A stretch of 25,928 nt of DNA from a virus (lineage: Duplodnaviria; Caudoviricetes), in IMG/VR virus record IMGVR_UViG_3300012232_000045, positions 1 to 25,928 of that record. One strand, 5' to 3'. Under the pieces are notes generated by a model, which was not told the origin of the DNA, ran no database searches, and was given only the letters and a program-made list of their open reading frames with translations. Shown here in pieces: positions 7,513 through 15,777 of the stretch. Every line of letters begins with the position of its first letter. The first letter of the stretch is position 1. Made by a program: the position numbers and the translations under genes.

Positions 7513-7866
7513 ATGCACCCCTTGGCCCACAGCGTGCTGATCGGCGGCGCCGTGATGACGGTGATTGCCGCTAGCTTCGCGCTCGGCCGAGGCCCGGTGC
7601 ATCAGCTACGCGAGAAGCCGTTTAACGAAACGCTGCACGAAGATCTGGCCACGCTGGCGATGATGTCCGACCAGATCGAGACGATGAATAAGCCGCGGAT
7701 GGTGCAGACCGAAAGCGTCAAGCCGATCGAGCCCGACCCACTGATGGCCGTGCTGTCCACTGATCCGGCGCCGCAGCCTATTAGGCGCAAAGCCGAAAGC
7801 GACATCTGCACGAGGCACAATATGCGCAAGGTGTACTACGGCAGCACCTGGCGGTGCCGGAAATGA
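7513..7866 (+). CDS. Hypothetical membrane-anchored protein
   Basis: N-terminal hydrophobic helix and C-terminal DICTRHNMRKV...WRCRK. Confidence 0.65.
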   Translation: MHPLAHSVLIGGAVMTVIAASFALGRGPVHQLREKPFNETLHEDLATLAMMSDQIETMNKPRMVQTESVKPIEPDPLMAVLSTDPAPQPIRRKAESDICTRHNMRKVYYGSTWRCRK

Positions 7867-8147
7867 TGATACGCCCATCCCTCAGTGATCTTCCGCTGTT
7901 CGCCGACGACATGGCGATCGGCGCGGCTATCCTGGGACCGAAACGGGCCGGTGAATGGAAGGCGCTTGCCCCCTTGCTGGAAGTGCGGGGGTTGCCCAAG
8001 ATCGACGATCTGCACGGTGGGCGCTACACACCGGCGGTGAAGGCATTCTACGATCGCGACAATGGACTTGGGGCATCCACACCACTGATGCCGGATGGCA
8101 TCGAGGACTTGGGGGCATGGAAAAACCGCCGCAAGCGCCGGGCCTGA
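7863..8147 (+). CDS. Putative excisionase/recombination directionality factor
   Basis: Small protein with GLPKIDDLHGGRY.PAVKAF.D and a basic C-terminus, overlapping the integrase start. Confidence 0.55.
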   Translation: MMIRPSLSDLPLFADDMAIGAAILGPKRAGEWKALAPLLEVRGLPKIDDLHGGRYTPAVKAFYDRDNGLGASTPLMPDGIEDLGAWKNRRKRRA

Positions 8148-9325
8148 GATGGCGCGACGGCAAGCCGATGTGGCGTGCTAGCAAGGCCGCCATTCGCGCC
8201 GGCTATCCGGTCAAGTCGGCGAACCTGTCGGCGTTGGCCGACGATCCCGCCGCGCTGCAGCGTCGCTGCCTTAGACTTCAGGCCGAAATGCGGGAATGGA
8301 TCGGCGGCACCACAGCGACCGCGCCAGCCTTCAACGGCACGATCGCGCGGCTGCTCTCGATCTATCAAACCGCCGATGAGAGCCCCTACCACAAGCTGAA
8401 GCCGAGCTCGCGCCATCCTTACGATGTCTACGCCCGAATGCTCACGGTCGAGGTCGGCGCGCGGCGTATTGATGCCTGCGACGGACGCGATCTGCGGCGC
8501 TGGTTCCGCGCATGGTCCGCCCCGAACGAGCCGGAAGGCAAGCCGAAGCTTGCCGCGGCCCGCATGGCGATCACGGTTCTGAAGTCGGCACTGTCATTCG
8601 GCAAGACCTGCCGGATGCCTGGCTGCGCCGATCTCAAATCCATCCTCGAGGAAATCGAATTCCCAACCCCGGCACCACGCACAGGTACGGCCACGGCCGA
8701 CCAGGTGATCGCGGCCCGAGCTGCAGCCCGCGCCGCCGGCCACGCGCCGGCAGCACTCGCCTATGCGCTGCAGTACGAAGCATCGTTGCGGCAATGGGAC
8801 GTCATCGGGGAATGGATCCCGCTGTCGGACCCGCGCCCGTCCGTCGTGGTCAGTCCCACATCGAAATGGATCGGGCCAATGTGGTCGCAGATCGACGAGC
8901 ATAGCGTGCTGCGGTTGACGCCGGGCAAGACCGAAGATTCATCTGCGATGCGCGTGCTGATTCCGCTGCACGAATGCCCGATGGTGGTCGAAGAGCTGGC
9001 GACGGTCCCGCAGTCGGCGCGCAGCGGCCCGTTAATCGTCAATCCGCGAACGGGCTTGCCCTATCGGCAAATTTATTATCGCGACGTGTGGCACGTCAGC
9101 GCCAAGACGGCGGGCATTCCGAAGTCGGTCTGGAACCGCGATCTGCGCGCCAGCGGCATCACCGAGGCGCGCGAGGCGGGCGCCCCGACCGATGACGTGG
9201 CAAAGACCGCCGGCCATTCGGACAAGCGCACCACGGCACGGGTCTATGATCGAGACACACTCGAAGCCGCGCGCAGAGTGTCGAGGGCGCGAACGGCTCA
9301 CCGCGCCAAGACGAACGACAGGTGA
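8117..9325 (+). CDS. int: Tyrosine recombinase/integrase
   Basis: Catalytic R (SLRQWD), K (GKT), DLR (in place of HxxR), AGH and VY. Start at MEKPPQAPGL. Confidence 0.9.
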   Translation: MEKPPQAPGLRWRDGKPMWRASKAAIRAGYPVKSANLSALADDPAALQRRCLRLQAEMREWIGGTTATAPAFNGTIARLLSIYQTADESPYHKLKPSSRHPYDVYARMLTVEVGARRIDACDGRDLRRWFRAWSAPNEPEGKPKLAAARMAITVLKSALSFGKTCRMPGCADLKSILEEIEFPTPAPRTGTATADQVIAARAAARAAGHAPAALAYALQYEASLRQWDVIGEWIPLSDPRPSVVVSPTSKWIGPMWSQIDEHSVLRLTPGKTEDSSAMRVLIPLHECPMVVEELATVPQSARSGPLIVNPRTGLPYRQIYYRDVWHVSAKTAGIPKSVWNRDLRASGITEAREAGAPTDDVAKTAGHSDKRTTARVYDRDTLEAARRVSRARTAHRAKTNDR

Positions 9326-9465
9326 ACACGGTCGGCGCACAAGTCGCATTCGCTGTAACGATTCCAATGGTTTACGAAACGATAAAGTTAACGGTTCGTT
9401 AAAGCTAAGTGCTTGGTCGCGTTGATTGTTGTGCGCTCAATCGATGGCAAAAGCGGAACGGTTCG
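9290..9465. other. Probable attP region
   Basis: Non-coding and directly after int. AT-rich centre (9371-9404) flanked by two inverted degenerate IHF-like motifs, plus GAAC-containing arm-like repeats. Confidence 0.55.
9387..9402 (-). promoter_or_regulatory. CtrA-binding box
   Basis: TTAA-CGAACCG-TTAAC on the minus strand matches the full TTAA-N7-TTAAC consensus. Confidence 0.6.
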
Positions 9466-9517
9466 CTTGCCCCGCGAGTTGATCTGCGCCCGCAAACCGC
9501 GGGCAGGAGAACTTGCT

Positions 9518-9634
9518 ATGGCAACTGAACCACGCGAACCGAACCAACCCAACGAACCCAATCAGCCGAACCAACCCAACCCGCCCAATCAACCCAACCC
9601 GCCGAAGCCACCGCAGCCTAATCAACCGCGGTAA
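9518..9634 (+). CDS. 38-aa Pro/Asn/Gln-repeat peptide (moron-like)
   Basis: AGGAGA RBS, sequence MATEPREPNQPNEPNQPNQPNPPNQPNPPKPPQPNQPR, and a terminator immediately after the stop. Confidence 0.65.
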   Translation: MATEPREPNQPNEPNQPNQPNPPNQPNPPKPPQPNQPR

Positions 9635-9636
9635 AC

Positions 9637-9665
9637 AAAAGGCCGTCCGGTGGGGCGGCCTTTTT
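9637..9665. terminator. Bidirectional rho-independent terminator
   Basis: AAAA-GGCCGTCC-GGTG-GGGCGGCC-TTTTT between convergent genes. Confidence 0.85.
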
Positions 9666-9667
9666 CA

Positions 9668-9892
9668 TTACGGATAGTACGGCAGCCGATACGCGGTCCA
9701 GCCGAGCGCGCCGGATAGCCAGAGCAGCACGGCGATGATGCAGAGCAACGCGACGATGATCTGCCCGACCTTGTAGACCATCGGATCGATCGGGATACCC
9801 ATCCATCTCAACAGCCAAACGATCAGGGCGGCGATCAGGACGATGATCGCTATGTGCAGGCAGAGGTACAGGAACGAGATCAGCAAACTCAT
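9668..9892 (-). CDS. Small two-TM membrane protein, putative holin
   Basis: 74 aa, two hydrophobic helices, coupled to the endolysin. Confidence 0.6.
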   Translation of the reverse strand: MSLLISFLYLCLHIAIIVLIAALIVWLLRWMGIPIDPMVYKVGQIIVALLCIIAVLLWLSGALGWTAYRLPYYP

Positions 9893-10452
9893 GGCCGTCC
9901 TCCCGGTTGATCGACCTTCTGCGCCATCGGCTCGGCCAGCGGCTCGATCACGTCCGGCTCGCCGTCGTAGTTCGCATCAGGAATATTCTGGAACAACAGC
10001 GCCTCGCTGGCCCGCCGCCGCACCAGCCCGTTGAGGATCTTGCCGCCGCCGCGGTTCCATTTGTGGAATTCCAGCGCCGCGCCTTCGTAGTCGCCGGCGT
10101 TGAGCTTCTTCAGCAGCGTTGATTTCTGTAGGTTGCCTGCGCCGCAATTGTAGGTGAACGACACCAGCGCATCATATTGCCACGGCTGCAACGGCACCGT
10201 GACCAGGCGATGCACCGCCGCCTCGTATTGCTTCATGCTGTCGAGAAACGCCTCGTCGCAGTCGGCCATCGACCAGATGGTGCTCGGGCCGAACTTGTAT
10301 TTGTCGGCATGGGTTGTTCCCCATCCGATTGTGAGCACCCCAGCCGGACACACATATGCTTGATAGCGATCCGGCCCGACCCGCTTCATGCAAGATTCGA
10401 AATGCTTGATCAGGTTTGCGCCGGCCGCCGTCAGCTTGAGGTCGCCGTTCAT
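9889..10452 (-). CDS. Endolysin, GH24 lysozyme
   Basis: LIKHFES...AYVCPAGVLTIGWG, QYDALVSFTYNCG, STLLKKLNAG and GLVRRRASE. Start MNGDLK at 10452. Confidence 0.92.
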   Translation of the reverse strand: MNGDLKLTAAGANLIKHFESCMKRVGPDRYQAYVCPAGVLTIGWGTTHADKYKFGPSTIWSMADCDEAFLDSMKQYEAAVHRLVTVPLQPWQYDALVSFTYNCGAGNLQKSTLLKKLNAGDYEGAALEFHKWNRGGGKILNGLVRRRASEALLFQNIPDANYDGEPDVIEPLAEPMAQKVDQPGGRP

Positions 10453-10727
10453 GTCGGACCCTCCTGCGAGTGCGGCGCTTCGCTGCCCGAGCGCCGATCC
10501 GGCGGCGCCGGGACGATGCATTGCGACAGAAGCTTCTGCACTTCTTGCTGCATCTGCACGAACAGCTTGATGTTGTCGACGCGCTGCGCGTTGAACAGCG
10601 AGCTCTGGTAATACGTGAACCCGATCAGCGCGAAGTTCATGACGCAGAGCGCCAGCACGATCGGCTCGCTCTTCAGCGCATCCATGAACCCGCGCGCCGC
10701 CTGGCCGGTGGCCTGGATCGGGCTCAC
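10449..10727 (-). CDS. Single-TM lysis-module protein (holin/antiholin candidate)
   Basis: One TM helix then a helical segment, located upstream of the endolysin. Confidence 0.5.
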   Translation of the reverse strand: MSPIQATGQAARGFMDALKSEPIVLALCVMNFALIGFTYYQSSLFNAQRVDNIKLFVQMQQEVQKLLSQCIVPAPPDRRSGSEAPHSQEGPT

Positions 10728-11308
10728 AGCGATGTCGAATAGCTGACATTGAGCGTGTCACCGTTCACCACGGCTTTGTCGCCGGTGGCGAACGTGCCGG
10801 CCGACCACAGCACGCCGCCGGTGTCGTCCTTGGTGGCGACGGCGCCGGTGCCGTAGTTCAGGAACGCGCCCTTGATTGTGCCGGTCGAGGTGATGGCATA
10901 GACCAGCGCCGCCGACAGCGTCTTGGCGCCGGATGCCGCCGCCGACCAGGCCGCGGTCTTGCGGTTGCCCGAGTATGTAGGGGCATTGGCGCCGCCCGCC
11001 TCCAGCCAGCCGGCGTGCGATGTCATGGTGTCGCCGACCGCGACGGCGGTGTAGGACACCGACGAGATCAGCCCCATGAACGGGCCGACCACGGTATAGG
11101 CGGCGCCCGCCAGTGCCGTGTCGAGCATGAGATTTTTTCCGACGGTGCAAACGATATTGTCAATCGTCTCGCGCCATTTCAGTTTGCCATCGGCATCGAC
11201 GCATTCGAACACATAGCGGCCATGCGCCTCGGCTACTTCACATTGTGCGCTACCGCGAATGACAGTCGCGTCGTTGCACTCGCGCGCCTGCGCGGTTTCT
11301 TCAGTCAT
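10724..11308 (-). CDS. Putative virion/tail-associated protein
   Basis: AGGAGA RBS and a G/A/T-rich beta-type sequence at the end of the tail cluster. Confidence 0.6.
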   Translation of the reverse strand: MTEETAQARECNDATVIRGSAQCEVAEAHGRYVFECVDADGKLKWRETIDNIVCTVGKNLMLDTALAGAAYTVVGPFMGLISSVSYTAVAVGDTMTSHAGWLEAGGANAPTYSGNRKTAAWSAAASGAKTLSAALVYAITSTGTIKGAFLNYGTGAVATKDDTGGVLWSAGTFATGDKAVVNGDTLNVSYSTSL

Positions 11309-11327
11309 TGCATTTCTCCTTTGGGGA

Positions 11328-12632
11328 TCAGGTCAGCGTGATGAGCGGATCGATGTAGAACGTGCTGGACACCTTGGCGCATTTGACGCGCGCATAGACC
11401 CAACCCTTTTGCTGCGGCGTGAACGTCACGTTGAGCTTGAACTTGGTGGTTGAGCCGCCCCAGGTTGCCGAGCTTGAGGTCTGCGCCGCCGCCGTTGCAA
11501 GCAGATCAGCTTTGCCGTCATTGACGAACGAACCCTGCGGCGAGGAACTACTGCCGAGATATTCAACGTCGATCCAAACATCGTCATCGTTCGGCACCGC
11601 ACCGCCGCCCCAGATGCCTTCCACCGTTGCGGTCTTGGCCGAGCCGGTGGTGTCGCACCAAATCGCGATCGGCGGGCACTCGAACGGCTGCGAATAATAA
11701 CTTTTGCTGTTTGTGACGATCTTCCAACTGATCGGCGTGGTGCCGTCGGTCGCGCCGCCGGTTCGCACAATGGTTGTTTCCTCGGTGAGCGTGCCGGGAT
11801 AGCGCGCCCGATGGACCGCATAATTGCCGGTCGCGCCGCTGCGGATAAAATCCGCCATTACCGCGCTATCGCTCGGCACGCTTGCCTTGGTGACAGCAGC
11901 GTCGAGCTTGCAGTCGATAAATTTGTAAACCACTGAAATGCCGCTGCCGGTCGCGTTGACAATGGTCTTGCCCGATCCGGCAGCGGACAGATCGACGCCG
12001 ATACACTCGATGTCGCCGCCCGCAAAGGCGGCATTGGTGAACAATGATGTTGGTATTGTGCCCAGCAACGCAGATGGCGTGTTGCGCCATTTCAGCACGC
12101 CGGACAAGCCAATAGATTGTGTCACATTTGCGAACGAGGCGGTGGTGTTGTTGAACTCGGCCAGCACTCCGATATTGCCCAGAAAGATTTTGTTCGACGT
12201 GCCCCCACCCGCCAACTGCAACGAGCAATTATCAAGGCGATACCAAGCATTGTTTGAGTTCAGGCTAATGTTGGCGGTCGTGCCGGTGCTGCCGGCAATG
12301 AATGTGATGCCGTCATAATGGGCGCTTTCCTGCAAGGTGATGCTTGCGTTGCCGGTCGTCGTGACCGTTGCCGTCGCCCGCCGGTCGGCGCTGACCGGCG
12401 GCACCGAACCTGCGCGATTGACGCATATGACCTTGATCGGATTGCTGGCCGATGGGGCCGGTGAAGTGATCGTGACCGCACCGGCTGTTGACTGCGCATG
12501 ATCGTGTGAGACATAGAACACGTCGCCACCAGCCTTGCCGGATAACGCCGTCGTCAGCGTCGTGTACGCATTGGCCCAGCTCGATCCGTTGGCTGAGCCG
12601 GCCGCGCCTGACCATACGTAATAGGATGCCAT
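11328..12632 (-). CDS. Putative tail spike/beta-helix protein
   Basis: YYV....G.ANGSSWANAYTTL..A leader typical of pectin-lyase-like beta-helix proteins. S/T/G/N-rich. Confidence 0.55.
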   Translation of the reverse strand: MASYYVWSGAAGSANGSSWANAYTTLTTALSGKAGGDVFYVSHDHAQSTAGAVTITSPAPSASNPIKVICVNRAGSVPPVSADRRATATVTTTGNASITLQESAHYDGITFIAGSTGTTANISLNSNNAWYRLDNCSLQLAGGGTSNKIFLGNIGVLAEFNNTTASFANVTQSIGLSGVLKWRNTPSALLGTIPTSLFTNAAFAGGDIECIGVDLSAAGSGKTIVNATGSGISVVYKFIDCKLDAAVTKASVPSDSAVMADFIRSGATGNYAVHRARYPGTLTEETTIVRTGGATDGTTPISWKIVTNSKSYYSQPFECPPIAIWCDTTGSAKTATVEGIWGGGAVPNDDDVWIDVEYLGSSSSPQGSFVNDGKADLLATAAAQTSSSATWGGSTTKFKLNVTFTPQQKGWVYARVKCAKVSSTFYIDPLITLT

Positions 12633-12640
12633 TCGTTATC

Positions 12641-13678
12641 TCACAGATTGACCATGGTGCCGTCGGCATTGGCCTGCCGCACCGTGCCGTCCGAATTTAT
12701 CATCGCTGTAGCAATCATCCCGTCGCGCGGCACAGTAGCCGGCGCAGTCGTCGCGTCTTCCGTGCTAACGGCCGTTGCCGTTTCAGTCACAGTGCCGCCC
12801 AGGCCGATCGGCCAGCCCGGCATAAATCCTGACGGCACCGCGCCGCTGAATGCCGAGGCGCCGAAATCGGCGGCCACCACGTTGTTGGCCTGGCCGCCCG
12901 AACCGCCGAACGTCACGAACGGCACCATTGCCCCGGACGGGATCGTTATCCCGCCCGTGTTGGTCGCCGGGTTATACGATGCGTTGTTGTTCCAGTTGCC
13001 TGACGGCGAATGCCGGAACCAGATTTTGCGGTTGGTCAGATCGACCGCAACGCCCGCAACCTGGCCGTTGGAATAGGCTCCAATGCTGATGCCAGTCGAT
13101 GCGCCGTTCGCCCAGATGGTGCCGCTGCCCAACCCGTTGTTGCCGGTGGTGGCCGAACCGCCGAGCCCGCTATAGGTCGAGGTGGTGGTGCCGATGCCGA
13201 CGCCGAGATTAGCACCACCCGTGATGGTGATGAACGTCGCTTCAAAGTAATACTTGCCGGACGATCTGGCGTTTACGCTTGCAACGCTGGCGCCCTGGTT
13301 GGCCGGCACCTTGCCGGTATTGGTGGCGATAAGATTGCCGCCCGACAGGGTGACGCTGGACGACATCGCCGGATCAAAGGTCGCCCAGACGGTCGCAGCG
13401 TTAAGGCTGGCATCCTGCACTGCCACCGCCGCACTGATTTCCTCGAGCAGCGAGGCCGGATGCGCTGACAAGGCGTCGAGCGTGTCAGTGGCGTTTGCCG
13501 CCTCGACCATCTGCTGCCCGAGGAACGCATCGAGCAGATCGCGTGCGTTGCCCGGATTGTCGGCCAGCGTCACGAACAGCGTGCCCGAGCCTGGATTGTC
13601 CAGCGCCTCGGCAACCTCGACAACGTCAGCCGTTACGGTGTGGCGCTGCGGCCGTATGCTGACGCTGCAAACCAGCAT
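12641..13678 (-). CDS. Tail protein with a SPRY/B30.2-like (ConA-fold) domain
   Basis: LSGGNL.AT...SSGKYYFE...GVGI...GVAVDLTNRKIWF signature. Confidence 0.65.
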   Translation of the reverse strand: MLVCSVSIRPQRHTVTADVVEVAEALDNPGSGTLFVTLADNPGNARDLLDAFLGQQMVEAANATDTLDALSAHPASLLEEISAAVAVQDASLNAATVWATFDPAMSSSVTLSGGNLIATNTGKVPANQGASVASVNARSSGKYYFEATFITITGGANLGVGIGTTTSTYSGLGGSATTGNNGLGSGTIWANGASTGISIGAYSNGQVAGVAVDLTNRKIWFRHSPSGNWNNNASYNPATNTGGITIPSGAMVPFVTFGGSGGQANNVVAADFGASAFSGAVPSGFMPGWPIGLGGTVTETATAVSTEDATTAPATVPRDGMIATAMINSDGTVRQANADGTMVNL

Positions 13679-13684
13679 GTCCGT

Positions 13685-14590
13685 CTAGCCTGAAACCGGC
13701 ACAAGGCCGACGACGGTAGTCCGCTCTTCGCCCAAGTTGACTTGGACCCAGCTCGTGCCGCTATTGCTTGAATACACAAGGCCGCCGCCGCCGCCGGCGA
13801 ACCAACCGCCTTTCCCCGATACGCAATAAACTCCCTCGATAATGGGGACGTTCTTTTTCACGGTTTTGTCGCCCTCCCTGAACTCGATGACATTCGTGAA
13901 ACCGCCGTCCGAACTGCCATCGCCGACCTGACGGCCGTTACTGTAGGCCGTTGAAATCGGCGGGACCGGCCGCAGTATGAACGAGCCGGCAGTGCCGTAC
14001 ATGATGCCGTCCGGTACGTGCTGGCCGAACGCATCGACACAGTCATTTTGCCCGCAGTATTTGCCGGGGAATGGCGAACGATAACCACCAGGCTCGTCGG
14101 TAGGAACCTCGCCAACTGTTATCGTTGAACCCCAAATCTTTCCGTCCTTTGACGAATGTTCGTATTCGGTCGTTGCCCGCGGTGCATGTTCGGGAAAGGT
14201 AATGACAACGTAAGACTGCCGGAACGAGTCGCCGCTCCATACCATTGCCGCCGAGGCCGTCGTCGTCTCCTCGACCGTCTTGTCCCAGGCAATCTGCCAA
14301 GTCTTGCCGCCATCTCTGGACACATAATTGGCAAACGCCTCGTCGGCCGTTTCCACCACATGCACGCCGCAACAAATAACGATGACGCCGCTGTGTGATG
14401 AGCCGCATGTGGCGAAAGCAATAGGCCCATTTTTTGTGTTGGGCAGATTGAGCTTGCTCACCTTCGGCGGATTGCCAGGAACCACCAGGAACTGCGTCTC
14501 CGTGCGGGTCAGCACAATCACGCCGGATGCACTGACATACTTAACCGGCCGCATCAGCGGGTTGAACAGCGGGATCGGGCCGACGACCAA
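13685..14590 (-). CDS. Asp-box (BNR) repeat tail protein
   Basis: SRDGGKTW, SKDGKIW and SSNSGTSW repeats. TTG start. Confidence 0.6.
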   Translation of the reverse strand: MVVGPIPLFNPLMRPVKYVSASGVIVLTRTETQFLVVPGNPPKVSKLNLPNTKNGPIAFATCGSSHSGVIVICCGVHVVETADEAFANYVSRDGGKTWQIAWDKTVEETTTASAAMVWSGDSFRQSYVVITFPEHAPRATTEYEHSSKDGKIWGSTITVGEVPTDEPGGYRSPFPGKYCGQNDCVDAFGQHVPDGIMYGTAGSFILRPVPPISTAYSNGRQVGDGSSDGGFTNVIEFREGDKTVKKNVPIIEGVYCVSGKGGWFAGGGGGLVYSSNSGTSWVQVNLGEERTTVVGLVPVSG

Positions 14591-15388
14591 TCAAATATCC
14601 TTGCGGATAAACGGCAGCGTGATCGACAGGTCGGACGGTGCTGTCTCGTCCGATTGCGTCACCCGCAAGGCATAGCGATCGCCTGCAACGAAATCGACAT
14701 CCGCCGGGATGCTGAAGGCACCGACCTGGCCACCCTCGGCGTCGAGCGTGCCGCCCGCGTCAAACGTGATGGTACCGATCTCGACGCTGTTCTTTTCGAT
14801 CGACAGAACAATATCGGATGCGCCGCCGTCGTTGCCGGTGGCAAGATAGCCATAGCAGTCGTCGTCGCCGAGCGGCAGTTGCATGGCGCGATTGGCAACG
14901 CCCTGCCAGAGCAGCTCGTCCGGATCGCGCTGAACGCTGCCGGGCACAAATATGGCGGCGTCATAGTTCACGTCGCGCAACGGAATGAACAAACTATAAA
15001 GCAGATTGCCGCTGCCATCGGTGGCATTGGGATCGAACGGCGCCGGCGGCGGCGGCGTGGTGTGATCGACCAGCACCTGGAAAATGCCGAGCGGACTGTA
15101 GGTCACCATATTGCCGCGCGAGTAACTCGTTGAATTCAACCACTCGCCAACCAGCGACAACGTGGCGATCGGCAGCGGGATGACCTGTGACGTTCCATCG
15201 GTGAAATGGAACGTCATTGAATTGGCCGTGTAGCTCATGCTCTCGATGCGCTTGCCCTCGGCAAGGTCCGCATTGAGGCCGACGATCCGCTGGTCGATGT
15301 CGTAGAAATTGCCATCCACCTGTGCCGCCGAATTCGGCGTGCCGGTGCCGGCGCCCCAGGCGCCAGTCGTGACGTAGAAAATTGTCAT
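14591..15388 (-). CDS. Tail-tip protein with a carbohydrate-binding-like motif
   Basis: QVDGNF leader and WLNSTSYSRGNMVTY (W...T.Y..G..V.Y) motif. Start MTIFYV. Confidence 0.6.
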   Translation of the reverse strand: MTIFYVTTGAWGAGTGTPNSAAQVDGNFYDIDQRIVGLNADLAEGKRIESMSYTANSMTFHFTDGTSQVIPLPIATLSLVGEWLNSTSYSRGNMVTYSPLGIFQVLVDHTTPPPPAPFDPNATDGSGNLLYSLFIPLRDVNYDAAIFVPGSVQRDPDELLWQGVANRAMQLPLGDDDCYGYLATGNDGGASDIVLSIEKNSVEIGTITFDAGGTLDAEGGQVGAFSIPADVDFVAGDRYALRVTQSDETAPSDLSITLPFIRKDI

Positions 15389-15777
15389 TTGGGGGCTTTT
15401 CTGGTCAGGCCGCGGTCGATGATCTCGACATTGTCCAGATCTTGCATCGGCGTGTATTGCTGTCCGAACGCAGTTGAGCCGTTTTCCAAAAACTCGATGC
15501 TGCGCAACACCTCGAATTCCCAATATTGGCTGTAGTCAAGGGTGCCGTCCGGTGAGGTGTAATAGATCCGCGCCTTGTCATACGTGCGCTTGACCTCGAC
15601 CATGCGGCTGCGCGACCAACTGTGCTGCTCGCTGTATGGCAGGTCGATCACGCTGTTGCTGCCGCCGGTGATGACGGCAATGCCCTTGTCCGGTGCATCC
15701 TCGATCCGCAAGGCCCGCGCCGGCGCCGGGCGGATGTTGGGAAACACTGCAGGCCGGACAACGGTTTCAAAGCCCAT
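15385..15777 (-). CDS. Hypothetical tail-cluster protein
   Basis: Overlap-coupled on both sides. Confidence 0.65.
   Translation of the reverse strand: MGFETVVRPAVFPNIRPAPARALRIEDAPDKGIAVITGGSNSVIDLPYSEQHSWSRSRMVEVKRTYDKARIYYTSPDGTLDYSQYWEFEVLRSIEFLENGSTAFGQQYTPMQDLDNVEIIDRGLTRKAPK

Noticed and set aside
7955-8116. N-terminal extension of the integrase in the ORF track
   Set aside because: It overlaps the Xis-like gene. ATG 8117 has a G-rich SD-like sequence upstream and gives a typical integrase length.
9326-9460. tRNA fragment or dif site as the att core
   Set aside because: No T-loop/CCA-like sequence and no convincing XerD arm were seen.
9536-9630. 9-bp periodic repeats as a CRISPR array or VNTR
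   Set aside because: No spacers or cas genes. The periodicity is explained by the encoded PNQ tripeptide.
9889-10761. 290-aa endolysin with a long N-terminal extension
   Set aside because: The extension overlaps the 10449..10727 gene. GGAGG and the ATGA overlap support a start at 10452.
10724-15388. Diversity-generating retroelement acting on tail genes
   Set aside because: No reverse transcriptase and no template/variable repeat pair was seen.
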